Shown: in pieces, positions 63,033-64,000 of the stretch
How the letters are laid out: each line of letters opens with the position of its first letter
Position numbering within the stretch: the first letter of the stretch is position 1
NCBI GenBank assembly: GCA_002245135.1
Contig: NGBS01000003.1
Location: 124,001 to 188,000, forward strand
Length of the DNA: 64,000 nucleotides
Direction of reading: 5' to 3'
From: Proteromonas lacertae
Taxonomy: Eukaryota
Made by a program: the position numbers and the translations under genes
Notes under the pieces: generated by a model
Databases searched by the model: none
Seen by the model: the letters and a program-made list of their open reading frames with translations, nothing else
What the model was told of the DNA's origin: nothing

Positions 63033-64000
63033 ATGTCTGAAACGCAAAGAGAATATTTGAAAGTTGGATTTATGGATAAGAGGGTATCTTTACGGTGTTA
63101 TGTTTAGGGTCATATAGTAAAAAACTGGAAGAGAAGATATTTTATCTTAACATCAAGTGAGCTATCCTATTTTACTGTATGCTTTTGTTTTTAGTAATGC
63201 ATAAATAATAGGATGAGAAGATGAAATCCAAGCAAAAGACCATTCCTCTCGATGTTATTGGTACAGTCAAACCAGGACGTGATGAGGATGATCATCGTAT
63301 ATAAATAAACTGAATCTAATCAATTAATAGCGAATATTATTAATGTAACAACAGACAGTGATGAATATTTATTTTCTTGTGAATCATCTCAAGAACGTGA
63401 ATCATGGATCAATTGTATACAAGCAGCAAGGTCTAGTAATCCATTAACAAGTACTTCAAAGATGGTATACGCCAGATATCATCAAGAAGAAACTCCAGAA
63501 GCAACAAATGCTTATTACAATCGATTAGTGTTGAATTTCTGTGAAGCAAAATCTGCTAGTGCATATTTAGATAGTTTACTCTGTTTAACAGCATTCTTTG
63601 CAAGAATATACTCCACTCATTCAAAAGTTGTAATTGATTATGAATCTGCTTCATTAAGATGTGACCATATATTAGAGACTGTTAAAAAGCAAAGGGAATA
63701 TGCACAAACACATGCAATGTGGAGTGATAAGATTGAAAATGTTTATTTTGATTTTATTGATGTTGTAACATCGTTACAAGATAAAATGTATTTTATATGT
63801 TTTAATATTTATTTATTCTTTTTCTATTAGTAAATATGCAATTCAGATGAGTCAAGCAATTGCTTCTGGTGCTGAAGAAGCTAAAATGTCACCTGATACA
63901 CCATCTAGTGAGAGTAAAGAAAGTAAAGATAATGATCCAAGTATACCCAAAACAGGATTCTTTAAACATTATGTATATATATTAATAATTATTATTGTGT
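63033..64000 (+). CDS. PH-domain protein (3' partial)
   Basis: LKVGFMDKRGHIVKNWKRRYFILTSSELSYF...YLFSCESSQERESWINCI; several short introns. Confidence 0.88.

Overview
AT-rich (roughly 25% GC by eye), gene-dense eukaryotic nuclear DNA. It holds about 32 protein-coding genes, very short intergenic spacers and many tiny spliceosomal introns (mostly 22-46 nt, nearly all GTAT...YAG). Intron size, putative-Ig-repeat kinases and a tubular-mastigoneme-type gene point to a stramenopile, probably Blastocystis or a relative (inference). Housekeeping genes: PP2C, PIG-W/GWT1, SLBP, organellar GlyRS and PheRS, NAP/SET, Ubl-eS31, eL13, Rpt4, galactokinase, syntaxin 16, CTL transporter, PKG and AP-1/2 beta. 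Most notable observations: (1) four +1 frame breaks, each ending at a TGA, in a mastigoneme-like gene (three) and a CCR4-like EEP gene (one), which could be stop-triggered frameshifting, decay or assembly error; (2) the three longest introns contain snoRNA-like structures, one with a 15-nt guide matching the 18S Am99/Am100 region; (3) an intron-containing L-rhamnose mutarotase-like gene missed by the ORF track, a transfer candidate; (4) a tandem CRN/RHS-type NTPase gene; (5) several pseudoenzymes; (6) a recurrent CAAGC motif upstream of genes. All family calls come from motif recognition by eye, not database searches.
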